Part shown: positions 1 through 7,957 of the stretch, in pieces
Layout: each line of letters begins with the position of its first letter
Position numbering within the stretch: position 1 is the first letter of the stretch
Virus record (IMG/VR): IMGVR_UViG_3300030376_003857
Span: 1 to 55,212 of that record
Direction: 5' to 3' (one strand)
Source: a virus
Taxonomy: Duplodnaviria > Caudoviricetes
Length of the DNA stretch: 55,212 nt
The notes under the pieces: model-generated
The model's input: the letters and a program-made list of their open reading frames with translations, nothing else
What the model was told of the DNA's origin: nothing
The model's database searches: none
Position numbers and translations under genes: made by a program

Positions 1-152
1 ACAATTTGCGCCAGTTCTAAGGACGTGTTGAACCTTTTTTCTGTTGCGCTTTGAACCGTAGCTTTCAATTTGTCTAGCTTAGTTAACTTCAACGCTCTCT
101 TTACGCTTGCATCATTCAAGAATGCTTGTTCTACTGTTTCTGTGTTACTCAT
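1..152 (-). CDS. 5' part of the first early gene (allele of 54452..55111), truncated by the window edge
   Basis: ATG at 152-150; same amino-acid sequence MSNTETVEQAFLND... as 54452..55111. Confidence 0.85.
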   Translation of the reverse strand, partial: MSNTETVEQAFLNDASVKRALKLTKLDKLKATVQSATEKRFNTSLELAQI

Positions 153-167
153 AATTACTTGTTTTAT

Positions 168-183
168 GTGTCTTCGAAGACAC
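168..183. repeat. 16-bp palindrome GTGTCTTCGAAGACAC (same locus as 55127)
   Basis: exact palindrome, 15 nt upstream of the early-gene ATG at 152. Confidence 0.97.
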
Positions 184-184
184 G

Positions 185-388
185 TTATCTGTTTTTAATA
201 TCTATGTATTCGCTTTGCTCCCTTAGGTACAAATCAATCATTTCTTTTAGCTTGCTCAGTTCGTTGTTAAACGTTACTTGAGGTGGAGAAGGATAAGCAG
301 AATTCTTATGCGCTTTCCATTCTCTTACAGCCATGTATTCGCCGTTTACGTACTCTATGTTATAAGTCTTGTAACGTGTAGTATTCAT
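185..388 (-). CDS. Small early hypothetical protein (67 aa, MNTTRYKTYNIEY...), present only in the left-end allele
   Basis: ATG 388-386 after an A-rich leader; the ORF almost exactly fills the 204-nt allele-specific segment. Confidence 0.7.
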   Translation of the reverse strand: MNTTRYKTYNIEYVNGEYMAVREWKAHKNSAYPSPPQVTFNNELSKLKEMIDLYLREQSEYIDIKNR

Positions 389-507
389 AGTGTATGTTTT
401 AATTGTGAATCCTTTAACGGGATTCAATCGGTTTTGTTACCTGTATTTCGTTTGCATCCTTAAGGTTGATGCCTTTCCTAGCTAAATTTGACTGCTAAAT
501 GACTGAA

Positions 508-520
508 AATCAGCACTTTA
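508..520 (+). promoter_or_regulatory. IHF-consensus-like site AATCAGCACTTTA
   Basis: matches WATCARNNNNTTR; lies in the long non-coding control region. Confidence 0.35.
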
Positions 521-798
521 GGTCTTACATTTGGGCTCTCATTCCGTTGAATGATGGTGCAATATGCGTACAATTCTTCGTTCTCGCAAGTTTTAGAGAG
601 TTTTTTTCATGTTTTTTTTATGGGGACAGGTTTTAAGCCTAGCTTGAATCCTTGTGGCGCAGTCTTTACGGAAGTTTTTAAGACCAAAACGAATGTACTA
701 GGCATGACCAACACCCCCTTTGCAGTAATTGAACCGCGCGTGCGGGATACTATATAGGGGAGCGACATGGTTCTACCGTATGCACGCATACCTTTCCT

Positions 799-876
799 AG
801 GTAACACAATCGAATGCCGAACGTGTAAATAGATGCCATCGCAATATTACGATGGTAAACAGGTAACACAATCGAA
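799..876 (+). repeat. 16-bp direct repeat AGGTAACACAATCGAA (799-814, 861-876)
   Basis: two identical copies; a 13/15 inverted copy at 428-442. Confidence 0.85.
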
Positions 877-996
877 CGACGGAACGACGGACGAATTGAT
901 ACACGACGAACGACGAACGACGGACGACGAACGACGGACGGTGAACAGATGAGAGGTGGTGACGGTGACGGTGACGGACGGACGGACGGACGGACG
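872..996 (+). repeat. Low-complexity tandem tract of ACGACGR / GTGACG / GACG units
   Basis: directly visible, e.g. acgacgaacgacgaacgacggacgacgaacgacggacg and gacggacggacggacggacggacg. Confidence 0.9.
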
Positions 997-1133
997 ATAG
1001 CCCCAAAAAAAAGCCAAAAAAATGCGACGGGGGTTTCAAATTGTTACCCCCCCTCCCCCAAAAAAAAATGGTTTCCATTCTTGGCGGTATTGCGCTAGGC
1101 TGCAATATAACCCAAACAGTCAAAAAAACTAAC

Positions 1134-1141
1134 TATCTTTG
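1134..1141 (+). promoter_or_regulatory. Bacteroidetes sigma70 -7 box TATCTTTG (start of late block)
   Basis: TAnnTTTG consensus, intergenic, upstream of ATG 1169. Confidence 0.7.
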
Positions 1142-1168
1142 AATACAACAACAACAAAACAAAAGGTT

Positions 1169-1267
1169 ATGAAAAAGAAGAAGATGAATAAGTATGCCTG
1201 TGGAACTAGCGGGAAAAAAACTGAGAACAAAAGCTGTAAAGGCAACTTAAAAAAGTGTAAGTATTAA
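1169..1267 (+). CDS. Small Lys/Cys-rich peptide (32 aa)
   Basis: ATG after an A-rich leader and promoter; MKKKKMNKYACGTSGKK... Confidence 0.45.
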   Translation: MKKKKMNKYACGTSGKKTENKSCKGNLKKCKY

Positions 1268-1272
1268 TAGGG

Positions 1273-1557
1273 ATGGCATCAAAGAAAGATTTCAGATTAG
1301 CTAAAGCTGGTGTATCAGGTTATAACAAGCCAAAGAAGACCCCTAACCATGCAACTAAGTCACATGTAGTTGTAGCGAAAAAGGGTGACAAGGTGAAGTT
1401 AATTAGATTTGGTCAGCAGGGTGTAAGTGGTGCGGGAAAGAATCCTAAGTCTGCTAAAGATAAAGCTAGGAAGAAATCCTTTAAGGCTAGACACAAAGAG
1501 AACATCGATAAGGGGATGCTGTATCCTGCTTATTGGGCTGACAAAATTAAATGGTAG
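1273..1557 (+). CDS. Small basic conserved phage protein
   Basis: K-rich; motifs KLIRFGQQG, FKARH and AYWADKIKW resemble a widespread small viral protein family. Confidence 0.75.
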   Translation: MASKKDFRLAKAGVSGYNKPKKTPNHATKSHVVVAKKGDKVKLIRFGQQGVSGAGKNPKSAKDKARKKSFKARHKENIDKGMLYPAYWADKIKW

Positions 1558-1590
1558 CGTGATATGATGTTTTAGTGATTAAAAAAAATT

Positions 1591-1620
1591 GGGGAGGTCT
1601 TATTAAGTCTCCCCTTTTTT
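1591..1620 (+). terminator. Rho-independent terminator (possibly bidirectional)
   Basis: GGGGAG...CTCCCC stem followed by a T-run and preceded by an A-run. Confidence 0.75.
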
Positions 1621-1940
1621 ATGTCGGTTCTATGTCAACCTCTGTCGACTTTGTGTCGATATTCTATTTTTAACTTATTGATATTCAATAGGATGTCGAT
1701 AATGTCGAAAAAAAGAGTCAAAAGTTCTATAAGGAAAAAATAAAAGAAGAAAATATATAGAGAGAGTAATATAGCCACTATAATCTTGACATCCCGACAT
1801 AAATCAATATAGGCAGTGCTATGATAATGCATGAAAGCACTACTATCAGTGACATAAAGAACAACGCCACATCATTTCCTCTCCTCATAAAGTCGACACT
1901 ACCGACAATCATTTCCGACATTCTTTCAAAACTCGACATG
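1620..1940. other. Iteron-containing origin-like element A
   Basis: clustered TGTCGA/TGTCGG, IHF-like TATCAATAAGTTA (1671-1683, minus), A-rich core, then inverted YCGACA repeats; shares a 17-mer with 45976-45992. Confidence 0.55.
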
Positions 1941-2194
1941 CAGTGTCCTTTTCCGTCAAGCGGGTAGAATGTTGTGTCCACGACCCACATGATGGCGTTC
2001 GTCCATTTCATGTTTCGTGTCTTCTTAATGTATCCGAGTCGAGCTGACAGTGTAATGAGGTCGTGTCCTCCCGTGAGTGCGTTTCCTAATCTGTCTAGTG
2101 CCATGAAAACTCTTCCGAGAAAAGTTCGGTTAGTTTTCTGTGTTGTGATTGTTTTAGGCTGTCGAGTAATTTCTTCGTCTGGCATGAGTTGCAT
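1778..2194 (-). CDS. Conserved hypothetical membrane-associated phage protein
   Basis: ALDRLGNALTGG...TLSAR...W...D..F...GHC motif, C-terminal hydrophobic helix; own promoter box at 2240-2247. Confidence 0.7.
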   Translation of the reverse strand: MQLMPDEEITRQPKTITTQKTNRTFLGRVFMALDRLGNALTGGHDLITLSARLGYIKKTRNMKWTNAIMWVVDTTFYPLDGKGHCMSSFERMSEMIVGSVDFMRRGNDVALFFMSLIVVLSCIIIALPILIYVGMSRL

Positions 2195-2227
2195 AGCTTT
2201 TTTAGTTGTTTGTTGTGTAAAAAGTTG

Positions 2228-2247
2228 TATATTTGACCCCAAATATA
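2228..2247. promoter_or_regulatory. Face-to-face pair of -7 boxes TATATTTG-accc-CAAATATA (groEL / 1778..2194 gene)
   Basis: perfect inverted repeat of the TAnnTTTG consensus between divergent genes. Confidence 0.65.
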
Positions 2248-2255
2248 ACTAAATC

Positions 2256-3836
2256 ATGACAGAAATCGGGTATTCACCTAAGAAACTTGAGTTTGATATC
2301 GAGGCTCAAAACAAGCTTGTAGACGGGGTAAGTAAAATTGGTCAAGCTGTGGGGAGCACACTTGGCTGGGCTGGTCAGACAGTTCTTATTGAGAGTCCTC
2401 AGCACACACATGGGATTACGGTAACCAAGGACGGCGTCACTGTAGCTAAGGCTATTGAGCTTTTAGACCCTACTGAGAACCTTGCGGTTAAAATGATGCG
2501 GGAGGCTGCTGAGCGAACTGCCACCAACGCTGGTGACGGTACGACAACGAGCATTGTACTAGCCGAGGCTTTCGTCAAGGCTGGTGTTAATCACATCGGT
2601 TCGGGTTCAAAGACTCCTGTCTTCAGGGAGCTTGTTGAGAAGACGACTGAGGTTGTAAACTCTTTAAAGAATAAATCAAAGACCGTAACCAAGGGTAAGC
2701 TTAAAGATGTTGCTACCATATCAGCGAACAATGACAAGGAGCTGGGTAAGATTATCTCTAACGTTTACAAGGCTGTCGGCAAGAACGGTGTTGTTACCGT
2801 GGGGAAGTCACAGACTCATGAGACTTACTATGAGACAACAAGGGGCATTAAGATTGACCGAGGCTACTACAGTGAGCAGTTCATCAACGACCATCGCCGA
2901 GACGAGTGTGTCTTCGAAGACACTCACATCTTAGTATGCGACACTGAGATTTCAAGTGTTCTACAGATTGAGAAGGCTTTGAAGCCAATCATCTCTGAGG
3001 GGAAGCGTCTACTCATCATTGCTCCCTGTTCTAAGAATGTTATCAACACGTTCGCTGCGAATGTCATAAAGAACGGTGTAAAGATTTGTGTTATCCAGCC
3101 TCCATCATTTGGTTACAAGCAGCATGAGTTGATGCAAGATATTGCCTTGAGTGTTGGTGCGAAGTACTTTTCTGAGAAGACGGGTGACAATTTGAGCTTA
3201 ATTGAGTTCAGCGACTTGGGTCATGCATCTAAGGTTTCTATAGGTCGTGACTCATCCATCATAATCAAGGATGACAAGGGTGGCATCACTGACGAGGCTA
3301 TCAACGAGCGTGTTGTACAGCTTCGTGATGCTCGTGACGCAGCCAAAGAGAAGAGAGACCGAGACTTCATCTCACAGCGTATTGCTTCATTAACGGGTGG
3401 TGTTGGTGTCATCTATGCTGGGGGTAACACTGACCTTGAGCAGAAGGAGCTTTTTGACAGGATTGACGATGCGGTTTGTGCTGTACGTTCAGCCCTTGAG
3501 GAGGGTATTGTTGCTGGAGGTGGTATGGCGTTATACCGAGAGTCCTTGAAATTTATTGACGACAGCTCTGAGGCTGGTAAGATTATGCTAGAGGCTTTGA
3601 GAGCACCAGCTGAGCGTATATGGAGCAACGCTGAAGTGACGCCATCTTTTGACTCTGTAGATGATGATGAGTTTGGATATGACGTGAAAAGCAGGGAGTA
3701 TGTTAATATGTTTGATAGCGGTATCATTGACCCAGCGAAGGTGACGAGAAGCGCACTACAGAATGCTGTCAGTGTAGCCATCAGCATTTTATCAACTAAC
3801 GCTGTAATCACGATGGCAAGAACGTATGAGCAATGA
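2256..3836 (+). CDS. groEL: Chaperonin GroEL (Cpn60)
   Basis: TKDGVTVAK, AGDGTTT, ATISANND and RIDDAVCAVRSALEEGIVAGGG motifs; 526 aa; no GGM tail. Confidence 0.97.
   Translation: MTEIGYSPKKLEFDIEAQNKLVDGVSKIGQAVGSTLGWAGQTVLIESPQHTHGITVTKDGVTVAKAIELLDPTENLAVKMMREAAERTATNAGDGTTTSIVLAEAFVKAGVNHIGSGSKTPVFRELVEKTTEVVNSLKNKSKTVTKGKLKDVATISANNDKELGKIISNVYKAVGKNGVVTVGKSQTHETYYETTRGIKIDRGYYSEQFINDHRRDECVFEDTHILVCDTEISSVLQIEKALKPIISEGKRLLIIAPCSKNVINTFAANVIKNGVKICVIQPPSFGYKQHELMQDIALSVGAKYFSEKTGDNLSLIEFSDLGHASKVSIGRDSSIIIKDDKGGITDEAINERVVQLRDARDAAKEKRDRDFISQRIASLTGGVGVIYAGGNTDLEQKELFDRIDDAVCAVRSALEEGIVAGGGMALYRESLKFIDDSSEAGKIMLEALRAPAERIWSNAEVTPSFDSVDDDEFGYDVKSREYVNMFDSGIIDPAKVTRSALQNAVSVAISILSTNAVITMARTYEQ
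2908..2923. repeat. 16-bp palindrome GTGTCTTCGAAGACAC inside groEL
   Basis: exact; encodes C-V-F-E-D-T. Confidence 0.97.
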
Positions 3837-4459
3837 TGAGTTCAGATGACCAAGACCAAACAAGAGCACTCATTGGTATATCGCTGGCGATAGGTCTAAT
3901 TATCTCTATGGTTTTATCATGCAACGGTCAATGCCCCACATTCTCTTTTGAAGGAACGTTTACTGACACTCAGTGTTATGATGACAGCTTAAGCGTATCT
4001 GACACGTTAGTATACGACTGTCCGTCATTCTATCACGGAGGAGGATTTATATACGAGTTTACGACAACGGGGTATTTCCCAGTATCAATTATTGTGGACT
4101 CTGACCTTTCGTACACATCATGCCCCGACTGTGATGTGTGGTGTCATGCGTTTATAATTGACGAGTGTGGGGGCAATACTTTGTGGAGTTCGGGGAGTAA
4201 CTACTGTTTTGGAGATTATGTATCGACCACAGCCCCGTCACAAGATTGGATTTTAGACATACAGCTAGAAGCTGGAACGTACTACCTAGTAATCGGCAAT
4301 GTTGGCACATATCAGACTAATCACGAGATAAATGGATGCTTCACATTGTATATAGGGGAATATCTTTTTTTAACAAACATCTTAGAGAATTCACCAAATG
4401 GATTAGTGGTTAGAAATAAATTAGGTACATTTGACCTCTTAGGAAGAAGAATAAAATAA
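3833..4459 (+). CDS. Putative exported/lipo-protein, Cys-rich, T9SS-CTD-like tail
   Basis: hydrophobic N-terminus ending VLSC-NG-QC; C-terminal FDLLGRRIK. Confidence 0.6.
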   Translation: MMSSDDQDQTRALIGISLAIGLIISMVLSCNGQCPTFSFEGTFTDTQCYDDSLSVSDTLVYDCPSFYHGGGFIYEFTTTGYFPVSIIVDSDLSYTSCPDCDVWCHAFIIDECGGNTLWSSGSNYCFGDYVSTTAPSQDWILDIQLEAGTYYLVIGNVGTYQTNHEINGCFTLYIGEYLFLTNILENSPNGLVVRNKLGTFDLLGRRIK

Positions 4460-4462
4460 ACC

Positions 4463-4684
4463 TTGGGCTGCAATCAGCTCAGGCACGTTCACGAAAGATT
4501 AGATGGTCTTGTGACAAAAAAGAAGTGGATTGATTTCAGTAAGTCTCAACCTCCTCTAAATCAAGTAGTTGAGATTGTTGATGTAGATAGGTGCAGACAT
4601 GAGATGCAGTTTACTAGAGACGGATGGATTGACACAAAGTTTGGGAATAGATATAATTTTAATTTTGTAAAATACTGGAGATGA
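4463..4684 (+). CDS. Hypothetical protein
   Basis: fills the gap before groES, ATGA overlap; WIDFSKSQPP...YWR pattern. Confidence 0.5.
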   Translation: MGCNQLRHVHERLDGLVTKKKWIDFSKSQPPLNQVVEIVDVDRCRHEMQFTRDGWIDTKFGNRYNFNFVKYWR

Positions 4685-4938
4685 AACCGATTGGAAAATA
4701 TATAGTAATCAACGAGGTAAACGAGGAAGTAAAATCAGCCTCTGGTTTAATTCTATCACCAGAGGACATGAAGTCCGTTCGTTATCGAAAAGGAGTTGTG
4801 GTAAGTTCTGGTACTGAAGTAGAGAATATCCACTCGGAGGACACAATCTATTACGATAAAGTGGCTGGATTTACGATGATGATAAACGAAACTCAGTACA
4901 CAATTATTTCTGAGCGTGACGTTGTCGTAGTTCTTTAG
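4681..4938 (+). CDS. groES: Co-chaperonin GroES (Cpn10)
   Basis: MKPIGKYIVI..KSASGLIL mobile loop, GVVVSSG, IISERDVV; 85 aa. Confidence 0.9.
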   Translation: MKPIGKYIVINEVNEEVKSASGLILSPEDMKSVRYRKGVVVSSGTEVENIHSEDTIYYDKVAGFTMMINETQYTIISERDVVVVL

Positions 4939-5365
4939 TTTCTTTGTTAATCTTCTTCATGTAGTTTCTGTACACCTTGTGCATGTATGGGACGTTATTC
5001 TTAAACATCGGGTTCACTGATGGGTGTTCTGGAAATGGTTTACCGTTGAGCTTGTCATAAACAGAAACTATCATCCGTCTCGCTTTGTAGCTAAGTGTGT
5101 ATCTAGCTCCATGCTTTTTACCTCTTTCCCTAAAGACCTCAATCCAGCCTTTATCTTTCATCTTGTTGAACCTGCTTTCATCCCAAGCGAACATCTCCTC
5201 AAACTCCCTAAAGTCCTGTCTGCTAAAATATCCTTCAGAATTTAAGAACAATAGTATATCTAGGTCTGTTTCTGTAATTTCGTACTTGGCTTTTACGAAA
5301 GCCTTTACTACCTTCCAGTATTTTAGTATATCCTCCTTTGGTTCTCTTCTCCAAGGTAGTGTCAT
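4904..5365 (-). CDS. Putative winged-helix (MarR-like) DNA-binding protein
   Basis: ITETDLDILLFL...KMKDKGWIEV...RYTLSYKARR pattern; own promoter box at 5385-5392. Confidence 0.6.
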   Translation of the reverse strand: MTLPWRREPKEDILKYWKVVKAFVKAKYEITETDLDILLFLNSEGYFSRQDFREFEEMFAWDESRFNKMKDKGWIEVFRERGKKHGARYTLSYKARRMIVSVYDKLNGKPFPEHPSVNPMFKNNVPYMHKVYRNYMKKINKETKELRQRHAQK

Positions 5366-5373
5366 GATTTCAT

Positions 5374-5392
5374 TAACTTTGTTCCAAATATA
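5374..5392. promoter_or_regulatory. Face-to-face pair of -7 boxes TAACTTTG-ttc-CAAATATA
   Basis: two TAnnTTTG boxes on opposite strands between divergent ATGs 5365 and 5399. Confidence 0.6.
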
Positions 5393-5398
5393 CGAAAA

Positions 5399-5596
5399 AT
5401 GGGTTCAAAAAAGCAAGGTTATAAAAAAGGTGATGTACAAGCTGGTTCTCCACCAGACTTAAACGACATCAATTTTAAGAATAAGGATGTCGTGAAGTGG
5501 TCTGATAAGTCGTCAAGAAGAAAGCGCAACCAACGGAGGGGCAGCGGCTTAATAGGTCTTAAGGGCTGGGGAGTAACAAAAGTTCCTAGAATTTAA
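5399..5596 (+). CDS. Small basic hypothetical protein
   Basis: ORF downstream of a promoter box. Confidence 0.55.
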   Translation: MGSKKQGYKKGDVQAGSPPDLNDINFKNKDVVKWSDKSSRRKRNQRRGSGLIGLKGWGVTKVPRI

Positions 5597-5615
5597 AATA
5601 TTGTAACTTTGTATT

Positions 5616-5780
5616 ATGAAAGGATTGGGTGATTTAGTGGATAAGGTTACCACAAAAACGGGCGTAAAATCAGTCGTTAAAATGATTAGCGATGATTGTG
5701 GCTGTGGGAAAAGAAAGGAAAAACTAAACGAGCTAGTGCCGTTTAAAAACAAAGAAGAGGCACATAAGAAAAAGCAATGA
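5616..5780 (+). CDS. Small conserved phage protein with DCGC motif (54 aa; not in ORF track)
   Basis: MKGLGDLVDKVTTKTGVK...DDCGCGKRKEKLN; TAACTTTG box at 5604-5611; ATGA overlap with 5777. Confidence 0.75.
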   Translation: MKGLGDLVDKVTTKTGVKSVVKMISDDCGCGKRKEKLNELVPFKNKEEAHKKKQ

Positions 5781-7087
5781 AGGATTCTCTATTTGTATTT
5801 CAAAAAGGTGCAATAGACTCCAGCTCTGTTACAGAGAATAATTTAGGTACAAACCTAGATTTCTTTGCAGTACCAACAAGCAGTCTTACTAGCATTTCAG
5901 CTCTTGAGGGTAAGATTGTGCTATACTTCAAATCCTCTAATGTATTCGAAAACTCTAAAGCTAATCAAGCTAAAGTTACTCTTAATACAACACAGGGATT
6001 AGAGCCAAGAGCTGCCATTGCTACATGGAATTTTACATTAGAAGAAGGTCAGGTTTACATATTTGATGATGTAGGGTCTATCTATCCTAGCAGTTACAGT
6101 GATTCTATATCAGGTATAGATTCTATAATAAGACCTACTACAGAAAGGTTTACTGGAGGCGGTGGAGGCGGTGCTACTACAATAGATGTGTTGAGTAGTA
6201 CAGACGTGGTTTTAGGGACAGTAGATTCAAGTGTTCCTGACACAGTCAAATTAATGGATGCCGTACTATCTTATGCTAAAGTTGGTAGTCAAGGACAGAT
6301 AACAACTACTTCGGTAACACCTTCTGGAATAGCCTATCAGGAATTAATTCCTTGTTTTAATGAAAGCTTTGTAACAGGTGACAGTTGGGACAACTTTATT
6401 AACGGTAATTACATCCGCATTAATCCAGTGTATCCAGTCGGTTATGCTAGGGTAGAATATAATTCTACACAAGCAGACGTAAGAGTAACACCAGCATCAG
6501 GTACAAGTGCAACAGATGCTGTAGCACCAACTATTCTGGAAAAAAATAACGCTTTCGGTAATAAGTTTAGATATACCGATGATGCGGGAAATGCAAGCGA
6601 TGCCTCAGTAGGTTCTAACATTTGGGCGCACGTAGACTGGAACAATCACTCTTGGACTGGGGCAACACAGTACTATGTTATAGACCATCTAACAGGCTTT
6701 GGATTCACCGTAAAGTACGAAGATGATGCTGGAAAAGTAAACCTAAATACAACGGGTAATAGCTGGAGTGAGTGGTTAACCTATATAGACGCAACTCATC
6801 ATGGTATGACTGGATGGATGCCTTTAGACTTAGGAGAGCTTAACAACGCACACGGGGCTAGAGTACAACCTAACATGGTTTGGGCGGATGAGTTCTTTGA
6901 GTTTGACCCTTCCGTATCTGGTAGTACAAGAGGTGGGTTCATGACGGGTGAAAGTTATGATACCAGCAATTTGTACATATTATATGACAGTGGGAACGCA
7001 GACTTGGCTGTGGACTTAACTAAAGCTAAAAACAGTGGATTCCATTCAAGATTGACGAACTGCTTCATGAAAAGAAAACACTACTAA
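5777..7087 (+). CDS. Putative tail fibre/adhesin with Lcl/DUF1566-like C-terminal domain
   Basis: Gly linker; VIDHLTG...SWSEWLTY...GMTGWMPLDLGEL resembles the DUF1566 C-type-lectin-fold motif. Confidence 0.55.
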   Translation: MKDSLFVFQKGAIDSSSVTENNLGTNLDFFAVPTSSLTSISALEGKIVLYFKSSNVFENSKANQAKVTLNTTQGLEPRAAIATWNFTLEEGQVYIFDDVGSIYPSSYSDSISGIDSIIRPTTERFTGGGGGGATTIDVLSSTDVVLGTVDSSVPDTVKLMDAVLSYAKVGSQGQITTTSVTPSGIAYQELIPCFNESFVTGDSWDNFINGNYIRINPVYPVGYARVEYNSTQADVRVTPASGTSATDAVAPTILEKNNAFGNKFRYTDDAGNASDASVGSNIWAHVDWNNHSWTGATQYYVIDHLTGFGFTVKYEDDAGKVNLNTTGNSWSEWLTYIDATHHGMTGWMPLDLGELNNAHGARVQPNMVWADEFFEFDPSVSGSTRGGFMTGESYDTSNLYILYDSGNADLAVDLTKAKNSGFHSRLTNCFMKRKHY

Positions 7088-7088
7088 G

Positions 7089-7262
7089 ATGAAAATCTAC
7101 AGAAGAGAAACTACTGTTACATACGTAATTTCTGATATAGTAGAGGCTAACAGCTACGAAGAAGCGGAGTCTTTACCTATTACTCAGGAAGTACCAGAAG
7201 GTGCTATAGTTGAAAAGCCTATAGCTATTACTTATGAAGTATTAGACGGAGGGGAAGCATAA
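7089..7262 (+). CDS. Small acidic hypothetical protein (57 aa; not in ORF track)
   Basis: ATG 7089 to TAA 7262, tightly packed between neighbours. Confidence 0.6.
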   Translation: MKIYRRETTVTYVISDIVEANSYEEAESLPITQEVPEGAIVEKPIAITYEVLDGGEA

Positions 7263-7568
7263 ATGGAAGAGATTATATCGGGAGCAATAGTAGCTCTATC
7301 AACTGGTTTTATAGGGTGGTTTTTTGGCAGAAAAAAACAGAGGGCAGAAACGACTGGTGTTGAGATACAGAACATAGGTCAAGCCCTTCTTATATTTCAG
7401 AACGACATTGTAGAGCCACTTAGGGAGGAGCTTCAAAATACAAGAAACGACCTACAGACTACTCGTGATGAACTAGGCTTAGCTAGGCAAGAGATTGACA
7501 TTCTAAGACAAGACATAGAGGTTCTTCATAAAGAAAACGAGCAACTTAAAAAAAGATATAAAAAATAG
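7263..7568 (+). CDS. Holin-like membrane protein with coiled-coil
   Basis: N-terminal TM helix plus coiled-coil, directly upstream of the endolysin. Confidence 0.55.
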   Translation: MEEIISGAIVALSTGFIGWFFGRKKQRAETTGVEIQNIGQALLIFQNDIVEPLREELQNTRNDLQTTRDELGLARQEIDILRQDIEVLHKENEQLKKRYKK

Positions 7569-7569
7569 T

Positions 7570-7947
7570 ATGGAACAATTAAATTGGGATAAATACTCGC
7601 CATTGTACCCTCATGAGTTTGATTCGCCAGATGAAGTTGGAAGTCACAAAAATATGAAGCCATCGTTCATGCAAAAGCTCAAAGAAGCAAGGGACATTTC
7701 CAGCACGCCTTTCATTATCAACTCAGGTCACAGGACTAGGGAGCACAACCGTAGGGTAGGTGGTAAAGCTGATAGTTCTCATCTGGACGGGTTCGCTTGT
7801 GACATCGCATGCTCAAATAGCCGTCAAAGGGCAATCATTTTGTCATCGGTTATTAGAGCTGGATTCAACAGGATTGGAATAGGTGATACGTTTATACATG
7901 TTGATAACGACCCATCAAAACCGAAGAATGTGTTTTGGATGTACTAA
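7570..7947 (+). CDS. Endolysin, peptidase M15 family
   Basis: INSGHR..HN..VGG...SSHL.G.ACDI...FIHVD zinc-peptidase motifs. Confidence 0.9.
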   Translation: MEQLNWDKYSPLYPHEFDSPDEVGSHKNMKPSFMQKLKEARDISSTPFIINSGHRTREHNRRVGGKADSSHLDGFACDIACSNSRQRAIILSSVIRAGFNRIGIGDTFIHVDNDPSKPKNVFWMY

Positions 7948-7957
7948 GATAAGAACA

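Larger units (their letters stand above)
1..452. repeat. Left copy of terminal overlap (circularisation/terminal redundancy), allelic to the right end
   Basis: 1-188 aligns to 54960-55147 with 7 substitutions; 393-452 is identical to 55153-55212; 189-392 is replaced by 5 nt (ATATT) at the right end. Confidence 0.95.

Noticed and set aside
797-1123. 108-aa minus-strand ORF
   Set aside because: Translation of the GACG repeat tract; low complexity, non-ATG start
2256-4938. Host chromosomal groESL contamination
   Set aside because: Divergent, reversed and interrupted order, embedded among phage genes, and groEL carries the phage's own 16-mer
5777-7087. Diversity-generating retroelement targeting the DUF1566-like domain
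   Set aside because: No reverse transcriptase and no template repeat noticed
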